Of a stretch of DNA of 64,000 nt, positions 28,810 to 41,295 are shown piece after piece. Numbering within the stretch: position 1 is the first letter of the stretch; every line of letters begins with the position of its first letter. The stretch covers positions 152,487 to 216,486 of the forward strand of contig CAXHJY010000301.1 in NCBI GenBank assembly GCA_964016885.1, written 5' to 3'. Under the pieces are notes generated by a model that saw only the letters and a program-made list of their open reading frames with translations, did no database searches and was not told where the DNA came from. This DNA is from Eledone cirrhosa. Its lineage: Eukaryota. The translations under genes and the position numbers were made by a program.

Positions 28810-31800
28810 GGAAAGTTATATTTAAATTGTTGGGTTACAACTAGTAAATATTTATAACTGATATAAAAGCACTCAACAAGTATTTGGAGTATATTTACTA
28901 TATTAAATAAATGGAAACTATATTTATAAAACCATATTTATTTCATTATATATATTTCAGGGATATCATATTAACAATATGTTATGCCTTCCTCAGACAA
29001 AATACAATATAGACAGTTTTATAGATAAATAGATTTGACATACCGTTCAACATCGACTTGTATTTGAGAAAGTTGATTTGGCAGTGAAAAAATTGTAAAC
29101 AGAAAGAAAGAAAGAGAGAAAGAAGGCAAGAAAGAAAGAAAATGAAGAAAAAGAAGAAATGCATGTGACAAAATAGAGAGATGGAAAGATAGATAAAGAG
29201 AAGAACTTCATGTAAAGAAACAGAGAGAGATATATATATAGAGAGAGGAAATAGATAGAGATAGATATATATAGAGAAAAGTAGGTAGTTGGAACGTATC
29301 AATGATACATTTATTTATTTATTTATTTAGCTCTAGTATTAATGTAAGGGAGATATATGTGGTTAGGAAAGAAACCAGCCGTTATATAGAGAGAAAAATG
29401 AAAAGTAACCAGACATAGGCGAGGCATAATTTAAAAACCCTATGTTTTAATGTAGAAGTATTAGTACGTATAAAAACCAGGCGCTATAATGTAAATATCA
29501 GTATTCCTGAATGAGACACGTATCCATAATGTGTGAAAAGTAATGATCTTATGTTTAGTTTTAAAAATTCATATGTTTATATGATAACTACAAACATCGA
29601 TGTGAATTTACGTGATCAATTCTGCAAACCCCTATTTCACACGGAGAACATTCTCATTGTGCTATAAAAATTTAAGTATACATATATGTGTATATATATA
29701 CACATATATATAGAGTCTATATTAATTTTAACAATACTATTCTTGTCTTTACTCTACATGATTATCTATCAAGCAGAAATAGAGAACAGATTTCAATATA
29801 TTAATAAAAAAATATCAGAAACAAAAACAAAAAATAATAATGATAATAATAATAATAAATAATAATAAAATAGAAAACTAAAAAATAAAATAAAAAATAA
29901 AAAATATTACAAAAAAATATTACATATTAAAAATAAAAATATTAGAAAATATTACAATAATAAAAATAAAAATAAACCACAAAGATCAACCCTTCAAAAT
30001 TAATTGACAATATATTGCCAAGTTCATTATAAGCATCAGAGTCGAAAACAGATAAAGCTAAAAAATTTATCAAATTGCGTCTAGCAAAAATCATTTAAAA
30101 AAGTTTAGGATGCCCATTTGGTCTACATGTGTTCTTATATTTAATATAGAAGTTTATCTAGTGTAACGTTTATTCGAAATATTTGGAGCATCAACTTTTA
30201 GGGTAGTTTAATTTTTCATGAAGAATGTTTAAATAAAAATAAAAATAAAAATACAAAGAAGAAATCGAAAAATAAAAAGAAGAAATCTTCAACAGCACTA
30301 TCAGGCGCACTCTGGCAACTTAAGCTAGATAACGTTAGATATTCGACGGCTTGGAATATAGTCTCAAAAGGGATTCCTTTTAATTCATCCTCTGAGACAT
30401 GTGACCTCTGCGCAGAGGAGATATTCTTTATACTAAAATCTAAAAATTCCCTTAATCTACGGACAAATTTATTCAGTTGCTGCAAACATAGATTAAACTC
30501 AACTTTTAAATATAAATTTAAATTTAAAATGTAGTATATTTAGTTTGTTTTATAATTATTTAGGAAACTAGCCGATAAATCTTTCGATTTCTTCTTTTTC
30601 TTTTTATTTTTATTTTTATTTTTATTTAAACATTCTTCATGAAAAATTAAACTACCCTAAAAGTTGATGCTCCAAATATTTCGAATAAACGTTACACTAG
30701 ATAAACTTCTATATTAAATATAAGAACACATGTAGACCAAATGGGCATCCTAAACTTTTTGAAATGATTTTTGCTAGACGCGATTTGATAAATTTTTTAG
30801 CTTTATCTGTTTTCGACTCTGATGCTTATAATGAACTTGGCAATATATTGTCAATTAATTTTGAAGGGTTGATCTTTGTGGTTTATTTTTATTTTTATTA
30901 TTGTAATATTTTCTAATATTTTTATTTTTAATATGTAATATTTTTTTGTAATATTTTTTATTTTTATTTTATTTTTTAGTTTTCTATTTTATTATTATTT
31001 ATTATTATTATTATCATTATTATTTTTTGTTTTTGTTTCTGATATTTTTTTTTTTTTAATTAATATATTGAAATCTGTTCTCTATTTCTGCTTGATAGAT
31101 AATCATGTAGAGTAAAGACAAGAATAGTATTGTTAAAATTAATATAGACTCTATATATATGTGTATATATATACACATATGTATACTTAAATTTTTATAG
31201 CACAATGAGAATGTTCTCCGTGTGAAATAGGGGTTTGCAGAATTGATCACGTAAATTCACATCGATGTTTGTAGTTATCATATAAACATATGAATTTTTA
31301 AAACTAAATAAGATCATTACTTTTCACACATTATGGATACGTGTCTCATTCAGGAATACTGATATTTACATTATAGCGCCTGGTTTTTATACGTACTAAT
31401 ACTTCTACATTAAAACATAGGGTTTTTAAATTATGCCTCGCCTATGTCTGGTTACTTTTCATTTTTCTCTCTATATAACGGCTGGTTTCTTTCCTAACCA
31501 CATATATCTCCCTTACATTAATACTAGAGCTAAATAAATAAATAAATAAATGTATCATTGATACGTTCCAACTACCTACTTTTCTCTATATATATCTATC
31601 TCTATCTATTTCCTCTCTCTATATATATATCTCTCTCTGTTTCTTTACATGAAGTTCTTCTCTTTATCTATCTTTCTATCTCTCTATTTTGTTACATGCA
31701 TTTCTTCTTTTTTTTCTTCTTTTTCTTCATTTTCTTTCTTTCTTTCCTTCCTTCTCTCTTTCTTTCTTTCTGTTTACAATTTTTTCTCTGCCAAATCAAC

Positions 31801-31972
31801 TTTCTCAAATACAAGTCGATGTTGAACGGTATGTCAAATCTATTTATCTATAAAACTGTCTATATTGTATTTTGTCTGAGGAAGGCATAACATATTGTTA
31901 ATATGATATCCCTGAAATATATATAATGAAATAAATATGGTTTTATAAATATAGTTTCCATTTATTTAATAT
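28810..31972 (+). mobile_element. Penelope-like element PLE4: about 1.4-kb inverted arms around a GIY-YIG C-terminal remnant
   Basis: About 28890-30270 is the reverse complement of about 30582-31972; the spacer on + translates SSTALSGALWQLKLDNVRYSTAWNIV...CDLCAEE..ILKSKNSLNLRTNLFSCCKHR. Confidence 0.85.
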
Positions 31973-32064
31973 CGTATATGCATATATATATATATATGCA
32001 TATATATATATATATATATATATATGCATATATATATATGCATATATATATATATATATATATA

Positions 32065-32102
<38 letters not shown>

Positions 32103-32118
32103 TATATATATATATATA

Positions 32119-32187
<69 letters not shown>

Positions 32188-32510
32188 GGAGGCACATGGC
32201 TTAGTGGTTAGAGCATTGGCCTTGCAATCAAAAGGTTGTGAGTTCAATTCTCAGAACGGGTGATGTGTTGTTTCCTTGAGCAAGACATTTTATTTCACAT
32301 TGCTCCAGAAATGAGATGAGAGGGACTGTGGTCCATATCATTCCACTGCAAAGTGGTCGTGGAGGTGCCACAGCAAAAAAGCACCCAGCACTCACTGTAA
32401 ATGGGTTGGTGTTAGGAAGGGCATCCAGCTGTAGAAATCAAGCCAGAATCAGTTCCCGTCCCACCCGTGCAAGCAGGGAAAAGTGGACTTAAAATGATGA
32501 TGATGATGAT
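32188..32510 (+). mobile_element. Full-length tRNA-headed SINE, C-type tail, in a (TA)n tract
   Basis: A box TGGCTTAGTGG, B box GAGTTCAATTC, tail CCCGTCCCACCCGTGCAAGCAGGG...ATGATGATG. Confidence 0.88.
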
Positions 32511-32529
32511 ATGCATATATATATATATG

Positions 32530-33688
32530 CATCATCATCATCATCATCATCAACGTTTAACGTCCGTGTTCCACGCTTGCATGGGTTTGGATGGGGGTAG
32601 TCCCACTTGAGGCAAGAGTGATTGTCTTGCTCGCATAGGACTGTCTGGCAGGTTTTCTACAGTTGGATGCCCTTCCTAACACCAACCACATTTACAGTGT
32701 GGGTCTGGGAGGTTTTTACCGTGTTGCCTACACGGCCACATTACAGCGTGGACTGTGTGTTTTTTTGTCGTGACACCTACACGATCTCATTTGTTTCGGC
32801 CTCGATGGCGCGGCACCAACATAACTTTACATAGAACGGGGTCGTGTGGATGGGGTGGGGGTGGTGGTGGTGGGACGGGGTGTATTTTGTTAGAGATGCC
32901 TACTGGCTGGAGTAGGTTTTACTATATATTTAGGTAAGGCGGGTCTTCTCTGTTACTGAGTACCGCCAAAGGTCTCGGTCCAGTGACATTGTCTTGGAGA
33001 GGTGTAAGTGTGTGATGTCGGAGTTTATCAGCTCGTCCCAGATTTTTCTAGGTCTGCCTATTCCGTGACTACCGTCTATCTTTATTGCCCTGCACTTTGT
33101 TATACAGCTATCGACTTTCATGCGCATCACATGTCCATACCAACGTAGCCTTCTCTCGAGTAAACAACATCTGATCCCTCTTATCTCTAATTTTTTCCTT
33201 AGTTCGTTTATGCTTTGCCGTTCACGTATATTACTGTTACACATCCAGCGGAGCATGCAAGCTTCGTTCCTCTCTAGTCTGCGTATATCCTCTGCACACA
33301 ATGCCCAGGTCTCACTGCCATGCAGCATTGCTGTTCGTATGCAGGCATCGTACAACCTGCCTTTCATTTTTAGGGAGAACCCTTTAGCAGCTAATAGTGG
33401 TATAAGCTCTCTGAACTTTTTCCAACCAGTTCTGACTCTAGCTACAGTTCTTTCAGAGCACCCTCCCCCACTGCTGATTTTATCGCCCAGGTAACAGAAG
33501 CTGTCCACTATTTCTATAGAACCCTCTGCGCAATTGAAAGAGCTAGTATTTTGTGGGCACTTGCTGCTACTTATTGCACCAGAGCACCGGCCACATGTAA
33601 AATCTATGTTCTTAGTTAGCTTACCTGTGATCCCACTACATCTTTTATGCACCCATACTTTGCATTTAGGACATAAAATGGAGTTTCT
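32530..33688 (-). mobile_element. RTE family A 3' fragment
   Basis: ORF 32930-33652 ending EKTRLT*, A-type 3' UTR and tail. Confidence 0.9.
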
Positions 33689-33760
33689 ATATATATATAT
33701 GCATATATATATATATGCATATATATATATATATGCATATATATATATATATATATATAT

Positions 33761-34248
33761 AAACCTGGGACGATTTGATAAATTCCGACCTTACACACTT
33801 ACACCTCTCTAAGACAATGTCAATGGACCGAGACCTTTGGCGCTACACAGTAATACTGAAGACCCACCTTGCCTATGTTTATACCGAATCCTACAGTCAG
33901 TAGGGACCTCTTACCAAATATACACCCCCATTCTATTACCCTTACTCCACCCCCACTCCCACCAACACCACCTGTGCAAATATATCAGATAATGAGATCG
34001 AGATCATGTAGGTGTCACAACAAAAAAACACACAGTCCACGCTGTAATGTGGCCGTGTAGGTAACACGGTAAAAACCTCCCTGTCCACACTGTAAATGAG
34101 GTTGGTGTTAGGAAGAGCATCCAGCCGTAGAAAACCTGCCAGATAGTCCTATATTAGCGAGACACGGTCTCCCAACCAATCTTGCCTCAAGTGGGACAAC
34201 TCCCGTCTAACCCATGCTAGTGTGGAAGACATTAAACGAAGATGATGA
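33761..34248 (+). mobile_element. RTE family A-like 3' end
   Basis: ORF end (KTWDDLINSDL...) plus diverged A-type 3' UTR. Confidence 0.82.
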
Positions 34249-34282
34249 GATATATATATATATATAAATATATGTATATATA

Positions 34283-34832
34283 TCATCATCATCATCATCA
34301 TCATCTTCGTTTAACGTCCATCTTCCACACTAGCATGGGTTAGACGAGAGTTGTCCCACTTGAGGCAAGGTTGGTCGGGTGACCGTGTCTCGCTGTTCGT
34401 GTACTGGCATCATACAATCTGCCTTTCATCTTCAGAGAGAAACCTTTTGTGGCCAACAGCAGTATAAGCTGTCTGAACTTTTTCCATCCTGTTCTGACTC
34501 TGGCTACTGTACTTTCAGAACACCCTCAACCACTGCTGATTTCATCATCCAGGTAACGGAAGGTGTCCACTATTTCTATAAAACCATCTGGGCAATAGAA
34601 GGAGCTAGTATCCTGTCGGCACTTGCTACTTATTGCACCTGAGCATCGGCCACATATAAAGTCTATGTTCTTAGATAGTTTACCTGTGATCCCACTACAT
34701 CTTTTATGTACCCATACTTTGCATTTGGGACATAAAATGGAATTTATGCCTTTTCCTTTCCTACACACTGAGCATGGCCGTTTCCCTGAGGGCACCTGTG
34801 CCCTATTTTCCTTTCTACAAACTAGAACTTTA
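34283..34832 (-). mobile_element. RTE family A-like fragment (PHD region joined to terminal tail by deletion)
   Basis: TKVLVCRKENRAQVPSGKRPCSVC...CGRC; terminal hairpin and (GAT)n at left. Confidence 0.8.
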
Positions 34833-34869
34833 GTGCATATATATATATACATATATAACAACACCATTG

Positions 34870-35003
34870 TCTGCAGCAGCAGCAGCATCAGTGAAATGAA
34901 CAACAACAACGGCAGCAGCAACAACAACAACTGCCATCACCATCACTGACCCCATCCACCACCATCACCATCATTGACACTATCCACCACCATCACCATC
35001 ACC
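34870..35003. repeat. (CAG)/(CAA)/(CAC,CAT) trinucleotide low-complexity tract
   Basis: Direct reading. Confidence 0.85.
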
Positions 35004-35377
35004 AGCGATCAGGCCTTAAGAAGAAGAAAACAACTATAATAATAGTAATAATTATTCTGTTTTTGGCACGGGGCAGCGATTGTCCCAGTGCATTGCTGGT
35101 GCCTTGTTTTGGGGCCCGGAGAGTGGAGGGCCGTTGCTCTATGCTGTAAAGCAAACAATTATTATTATTATAAAAATACTGAACTGTAAAAGTCAACAGT
35201 TGACATGATCTTGTATCAGTACTGACGGTAATATATGTATGTGTGTGTGTGTTTGTATGCATGAGTGTTGGTGTGTGAGTGGCATGTGTGTTTATATGCA
35301 TGAGTGTTGGTGTGTGAGTGAGTGTCCATAAGTGGTGTTTTTATTTTTTTAATTCTTATGACCATGCTGTAAAATGG

Positions 35378-38300
35378 AGGGGTAGAGAGGGCCCATGAGT
35401 CCAGTAAGACATCCTCTCTAGTGCTGGTGGCATGAATAAAAGCACCCAGTCCATGCTGTAAAGTGGCACTGGCGTTAGGAAGGGCATCTAACCAGTGTAT
35501 CAATGCCAAAACAATTATGAGCACAGCAACAAATATATAGGAATAACAAAAATATGAAGATGTCGCATCTCAGAGTTGCAACACTTAATGTTGGCACTCT
35601 CACAGGTAGATCTGGTGAAATAGCGGAGATGCTGGAGAGAAGGCATGTGGATGTGTGCTGCGTGCAAGAGGTGAGATGGAGAAGTGCCTCTGCGAGACTA
35701 GTCGCAAGCAAACATCTTAACTATAAACTTTTTGGGGTAGGTAAGGATGATGGGTTAGGGGGAGTAGTCATTTTCCTGGCTGAGAGATGGATCAATAAGA
35801 CAATAGAGGTAGTTCAAGTTAATAATCGAATAATTAAGCTTAGATTAGTTGTAGGTAGGAGACTACTGACAATCATCTCTGCTTATGCTCCCCAAGCAGG
35901 CCTAGGCAAAGAAAAGAAAGACTGCTTTTACGAGCAACTTTTACAAACAGTCACATGACAGAGGACAGAGACATCGTTATGCTAGCAGGAGACTTCAGTG
36001 GTCATGTTGGACAGCTCCAGGATGGTTACACTGGGGTACATGGTGGGCACGGTTACGGCTCAAGAAATGAAGAAGGAGTGAGACTTCTTGAATTTTGTGA
36101 TGCAAGTACACTGACTATTTGCAACACTAACTTCCAGAAACCTGCCAACCACCTAATAACCTACAAATCTGGCGAGCATATAAGCCATATTGACTTATTA
36201 CTAGTTAGGCAGCGGGACAGGCAGATGGTTTCAAATACCAAGGCACACCCTGGGGAAGAATGTACCCCACAGCATAGATTAATCGTTAGTGATATCTCAG
36301 TAAGCAAGAGATGGAATGAAACATACAAGAAGGTGTGCAGAAGAAAGGTCTGGAAGCTAAAAGACCTTTCACTAAAATACAAATTTAGGAAAGCCCTTCA
36401 AGATGTGTATGACGAAAAAGAAGACGATTTAGAGTCGTATGACATAGATAATAACTGGAATTTCTTACGTGACAACTTACTGCAGGCTACTGATGAAACT
36501 TGTGGCTTGAGCAGAGCTCCAACCAGACAGAGAGTGACCTGGTGGTGGAGCAGCCCGGTAGATAGGGCCATTAGAGACAAAAGACTAGTATGGAAGGCTT
36601 GGAAAAAGGGTGGGAGTAGAGAAGGATATACAGCCGCTAAGAGAGAAGCAAGACATCGGGTGCACGCAGGGAGGCTGAGAGTAGGAGGTTTGCCAATGTT
36701 CTGCGACGGGAAGATCAGAGGCGTGCGGTGTTCCACATTGCAAGGCAGTGTGTCAATGCAAATCAGGATGTTTTTGGAGATAAATGTGTCCAGAATGATG
36801 CCAGTGTACTTAGTGTCACGAATGATCAGAAAAAGAAGGCCTGGAAATGTCATTATGAGAGACTGATGAATGTGGAGAACGAATGGGAGAGAGAGAAATT
36901 ACCCTCAGTAGATCCGACAGAGGGACCAGCTATTGAGATTGACGAATATAGGGTCCAAGAGGCGATTAGGGAAATGGAAAATGGTAAGGTTGCTGGACCG
37001 TCGGGGATAGTTGCTGAGATGCTGAAGGCATCAGGGGACGTAGGCACTAAACTGGTTGCATGCATCATCAATCAGGCTATATATGGTGGTGTCATACCCA
37101 AAGACTAGTGCAGCAGTATTCTCATAAATTGCTACAAAGGTAAAGGGGATGCTCTGGAGAGGAGTAATTATAGGGGTATAAAACTGATGGATCAGGTTAT
37201 GAAAGTGGCAGAAAGGATATTAGCACAACTAATTAGAGAAAGGGTCAAGCTAGATGAGATGCAGTTTGGTTTTGTGCCTGGGAAAAGTACAACAGATGCC
37301 CTCTTCCTGGCGAGACAATTACAAGAGAGATTCTTAGAGAAGAATAAGCCACTATACTTAGCCTTTGTTGACCTAGAGAAGGCTTTTGATAGGGTACCCC
37401 AATCTGTCATCTGGTGGTCCCTAAGGAAACTAGGTGTTGAGGAATGGCTTGTGAGGACAGTGCAAACTTTGTACAGAGGTGCTGTCAGTGAAGTGAGGGT
37501 AGGAATGGAGTTTAGTGAGGAATTCCAGATACAAGTAGGAGTACATCAAGGTTCGGTCCTCATCCCGCTCTTGTTCATTAAAGTCCTCCAAGCCATAACA
37601 GAGGAGTTTAAGACTGGCTGTCCATGGGAACTTCTCTATGCTGACGATCTGGTTCTTATATCAGAATCAGTAGAGGAACTAGAGAATAAATTCTGGCTAT
37701 GGAAACAGCAGTTGGAAGCAAGAGGACTGAGATTGAACCTAACTAAGACAAAAGTGTTGATGAGTAGAAAAGAGGACAAAACACTGATTCCGTCAGGGAA
37801 ATGGCCATGTTCGATATGCAGAAAAGGAACTGGCATAAATTCTATAAAATGCACACAATGCAGTTCCTGGGTACACACGAGATGTAGCGGGATAGCAGGC
37901 AAACTAACAGGTAGGGAGAAATACATATGCAGTAGATGCACAGGGAAATTAGACAGTAGAAGTCGCATTGATAGACACATTTTTCAAATGCAGGTGGCTT
38001 CTATAGAAGTGGTGGATAGCTTCTGGTACCTAGGAGATCAGATTACAATGGGAGGGGGTGTTCCGAAGCCATAGTATCTAGAATAAGGATGGGTTGGAAG
38101 AAGTTTAGGGACATGCTTCCTCTGCTGATGAAGAAGAGTTTCTCCCTGCATACGAAAGGCCAGTTATATGATGCCTGTGTGAGGAGCACGATGCTGCATG
38201 GTAGTGAGACTTGGGCAGCAACTGCAGAGGATATGCGACGGCTGGAGAGAAATGAGGCAAGCATGCTCCGTTGGATGTGCAATGTCAATGTGCGTGAACG

Positions 38301-38635
38301 ACCCAGCATGGATGTGTTGAGAGAGAAACTGTCTGAGAGGGATAGAATGTAGTGTGCGAGAGAGGAGACTGAGGTGGTATGGACATGTGATGCGCATGGA
38401 AGATGACTGATGGGTGAAGAAGTGCCAGAAAATGCCAGTTAAAAGAAGACGCAGTAGAGGTAGACCACGAAAAACCTGGGCGGAGGTGGTGAGAACAGAC
38501 CCCAGATCGCTGAAGCTCACAGTGGAGATGACGAAGGACCGTGACAAGTGGAGAGATGCTGTGGTGAATAAGACCCATCCCACCCTTGCAAGCAGGGAAA
38601 ACGGACGTAAAATGATGATGATGATTATAATGATG
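35378..38635 (+). mobile_element. RTE family C, apparently full length, disrupted; ORF runs directly into terminal hairpin and (GAT)n
   Basis: LRVATLNVGTL, CCVQEVRW, QHR; RT FVDLEKAFD, YADD; PHD CSIC..CTQC..H..C..CSRC; end AAGACCCATCCCACCCTTGCAAGCAGGG...ATGATG. Confidence 0.92.
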
Positions 38636-38656
38636 ATATATATATATGCATATATA

Positions 38657-39099
38657 TCATCATCATCATCACCGTTTTAAGTCCATTCTTCCACGCTAGC
38701 ATGGGTTAGATGGGTTGTCCTGTTGTGGTCAGTGTCTGGTCGGCTAACCTTGACTTGCTCATATAGGAACTGATTCTGGCTTGATTTCTACAGCTGGATG
38801 CCCTTCCTAAAACCAACCTCATTTACAGTGAGTGCTGGGCGCTTTTTTTTTCCGTGGCGCCTACAAGTCCACTTTACAGTGTGGGCTGGGTGCTTTTTTG
38901 CCGTGGCACCTCCACAACCACTTTGCAGCGGAATGATAGGGACCCCAGTCCTATCATCTTATTTCTACAGCTGAGTAAACTGGAGCAATGTGAAATAAAG
39001 TGTCTTGCTGAAGGAAACAACACATCACCCGGTCCGAGAATTGAACTCACAACCTTTCGATTGCAAGGCCAATGCTCTAACCACTAAGCCATGTGCCTT
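38657..39099 (-). mobile_element. tRNA-headed SINE with complete B-type tail
   Basis: Same head and core as the other SINEs, but the 3' part matches the RTE-B 3' UTR to its end. Confidence 0.88.
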
Positions 39100-39103
39100 C
39101 ACA

Positions 39104-39195
<92 letters not shown>

Positions 39196-39295
39196 TATAC
39201 ATATATGCATATACATATATGCTTATATATATATATATGCATATATGCTTATATATATATGCATATACATATATGCTTATATAGATGCTTATATA

Positions 39296-39327
<32 letters not shown>

Positions 39328-39328
<1 letters not shown>

Positions 39329-39802
39329 GTAGGCACCTCTAACAAAATACACCCCATCCCACCACCCCCACCCCATCCACACCACCCATTTCAATGTAAA
39401 GATATGTTGGTACCACAACATTCAACCCAAAACAAATGAGATCGTGTAGGTGTCACGACAAAAAAACACACAGTCTACGCTGTAATGTGGCCGTGTAGGT
39501 AACACGGTAAAAACCTCCCAGTCCACACTGTAAACGTGGTTGGTGTTAGGAAGGGCATCCAGCTGTAGAAAACCCGCCAGACAGTCCACGCTGTAATGTG
39601 GCCGTGTAGGTAACACGGTAAAAACCTCCCAGTCCACACTGTAAACGTGGTTGGTGTTAGGAAGGGCATCCAGCCGTAGAAAACCTGCCAGACAGTCCTA
39701 TGCGAGCAAGACAACCACTCTTGCCTCAAGTGGGAAAACTCCCGTCGAAACCCATGCAAGCATGAAATGTGGACGTTAAACGATGATGATGATGATGATG
39801 AT
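39328..39802 (+). mobile_element. RTE-A 3' UTR-only insertion with 111-bp tandem duplication
   Basis: Units start at 39471 and 39582. Confidence 0.85.
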
Positions 39803-39870
39803 GCTTATATATATATATGCATATGCATATATGCTTACATATATATTTATACTTATATATATACTTATAT

Positions 39871-40235
39871 TGGATGTGCAGTGTAAATGTGCGTGAACGA
39901 CCCAGCATAAATGTGTTGAGAGAGAAACTGTGTCTGAGAGGGATAGAATGTAGTGTACGGGAGAGGAGACTGAGGTGGTATGGACATGTGATGTGCATGG
40001 AGGATGACCGATGGGTGAAGAAGTGCCAGGAAATGCCAGTTGAAGGAAGACGTGGTAGAGGTAGACCACGAAAAACATGGGCGGAGGTGGTGAGAACAGA
40101 CCTCAGATCATTGAAGCTCACGGTGGAGATGACGAGGGACCGTGACGAGTGGAGAGATGCTGTGCTGAATAAGACCCGTCCCACCCTTGCAAGCAGGGAA
40201 AAGCGGACGTAAAATGATGATGATGATGATGATGA

Positions 40236-40237
<2 letters not shown>
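39871..40237 (+). mobile_element. RTE family C 3' fragment
   Basis: [12 protein letters not shown]...RRLRWYGHV...[13 protein letters not shown]. Confidence 0.88.
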
Positions 40238-40328
<91 letters not shown>

Positions 40329-40374
40329 TATATGCTTATATATATATATGCATATATATATGCTTATATATATG

Positions 40375-40409
<35 letters not shown>

Positions 40410-40413
<4 letters not shown>

Positions 40414-41262
40414 AGGTGGGTGCTCAGAAAGTACAATAACTAGGGTAAGAACGGGATGGAAGAAGTTTAGGGAACTACTACCACTGCTAGCTGCAAAAGG
40501 CTTCTCCCTCAGAATGAAAGGCAGACTGTATGATGCGTGTATCCGAACAGCGATGTTGCATGGTAGTGAGACCTGGGCGCTGAAGGTGGAAGACTTACGT
40601 AGATTAGAGAGAAACGAAGCCTGCATGCTCCGATGGATGTGTAACAGTAATATACGTGAACGACAAAGCATAAAGGAATTGAGAGAGAGACTGAGCATAA
40701 GAGGAATCAAATGCTGCGTGCAGGAGAGGCGGTTACGCTGGTATGGACATGTGATGCGTATGAAGGATGACAGCTGCATAAAAAGGTGCAGAGCACTAGA
40801 AGTTGATGGAAACCGCGGAGTGGGGAGACCCAAGATGACTTGGGATGAGGTGATAAAAGCCGACCTTACCCAACTACACCTCTCAAAGTCAATGACACAC
40901 GACCTTGACTTCTGGCGTCACGCAGTAATACAGGGTACCCGACCTCCCATGGGTACATGCTGAAGCATATAAACAATATGCCCCCCCCCCCCCCCCCCCC
41001 ACCGCAAGGTGGTCGTGGAGGTGCCACGGCAAAAAAAGCACCCAGCCCACACTGTAAAGTGGACGTGTAGGCGCCACGAAAAAGCACCCAGCACTCACTG
41101 TAAATGAGGTTGGTGTTAGGAAGGGCATCCAGCTGTAGAAATCAAGCCAGATCAGTTCCTGTATGAGCAAGGCATGGTCAGCCGACCAGACACTGCCCAC
41201 AACAGGACAACCCGTCTAACCCATGCTAGCGTGGAAGAACGGACGTAAAACGGTGATGATGA
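40410..41262 (+). mobile_element. RTE family B 3' fragment
   Basis: [19 protein letters not shown]...GTRPPMGTC* plus B-type 3' UTR. Confidence 0.88.
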
Positions 41263-41295
41263 TATATATGCAGATATATGCTTATATATATATGC

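Noticed and set aside
31905-31972. Hammerhead at the PLE4 arm end (CTGAAAT..GAAATAAAT)
   Set aside because: Core does not fit CUGANGA and pairing is expected by chance in AT-rich sequence
32188-32260. tRNA gene
   Set aside because: A and B boxes present, but no proper acceptor stem and it continues into a SINE body and tail
35378-35450. HDV-like ribozyme at the RTE-C 5' end
   Set aside because: Known from some RTE 5' ends, but the nested double pseudoknot could not be built by eye
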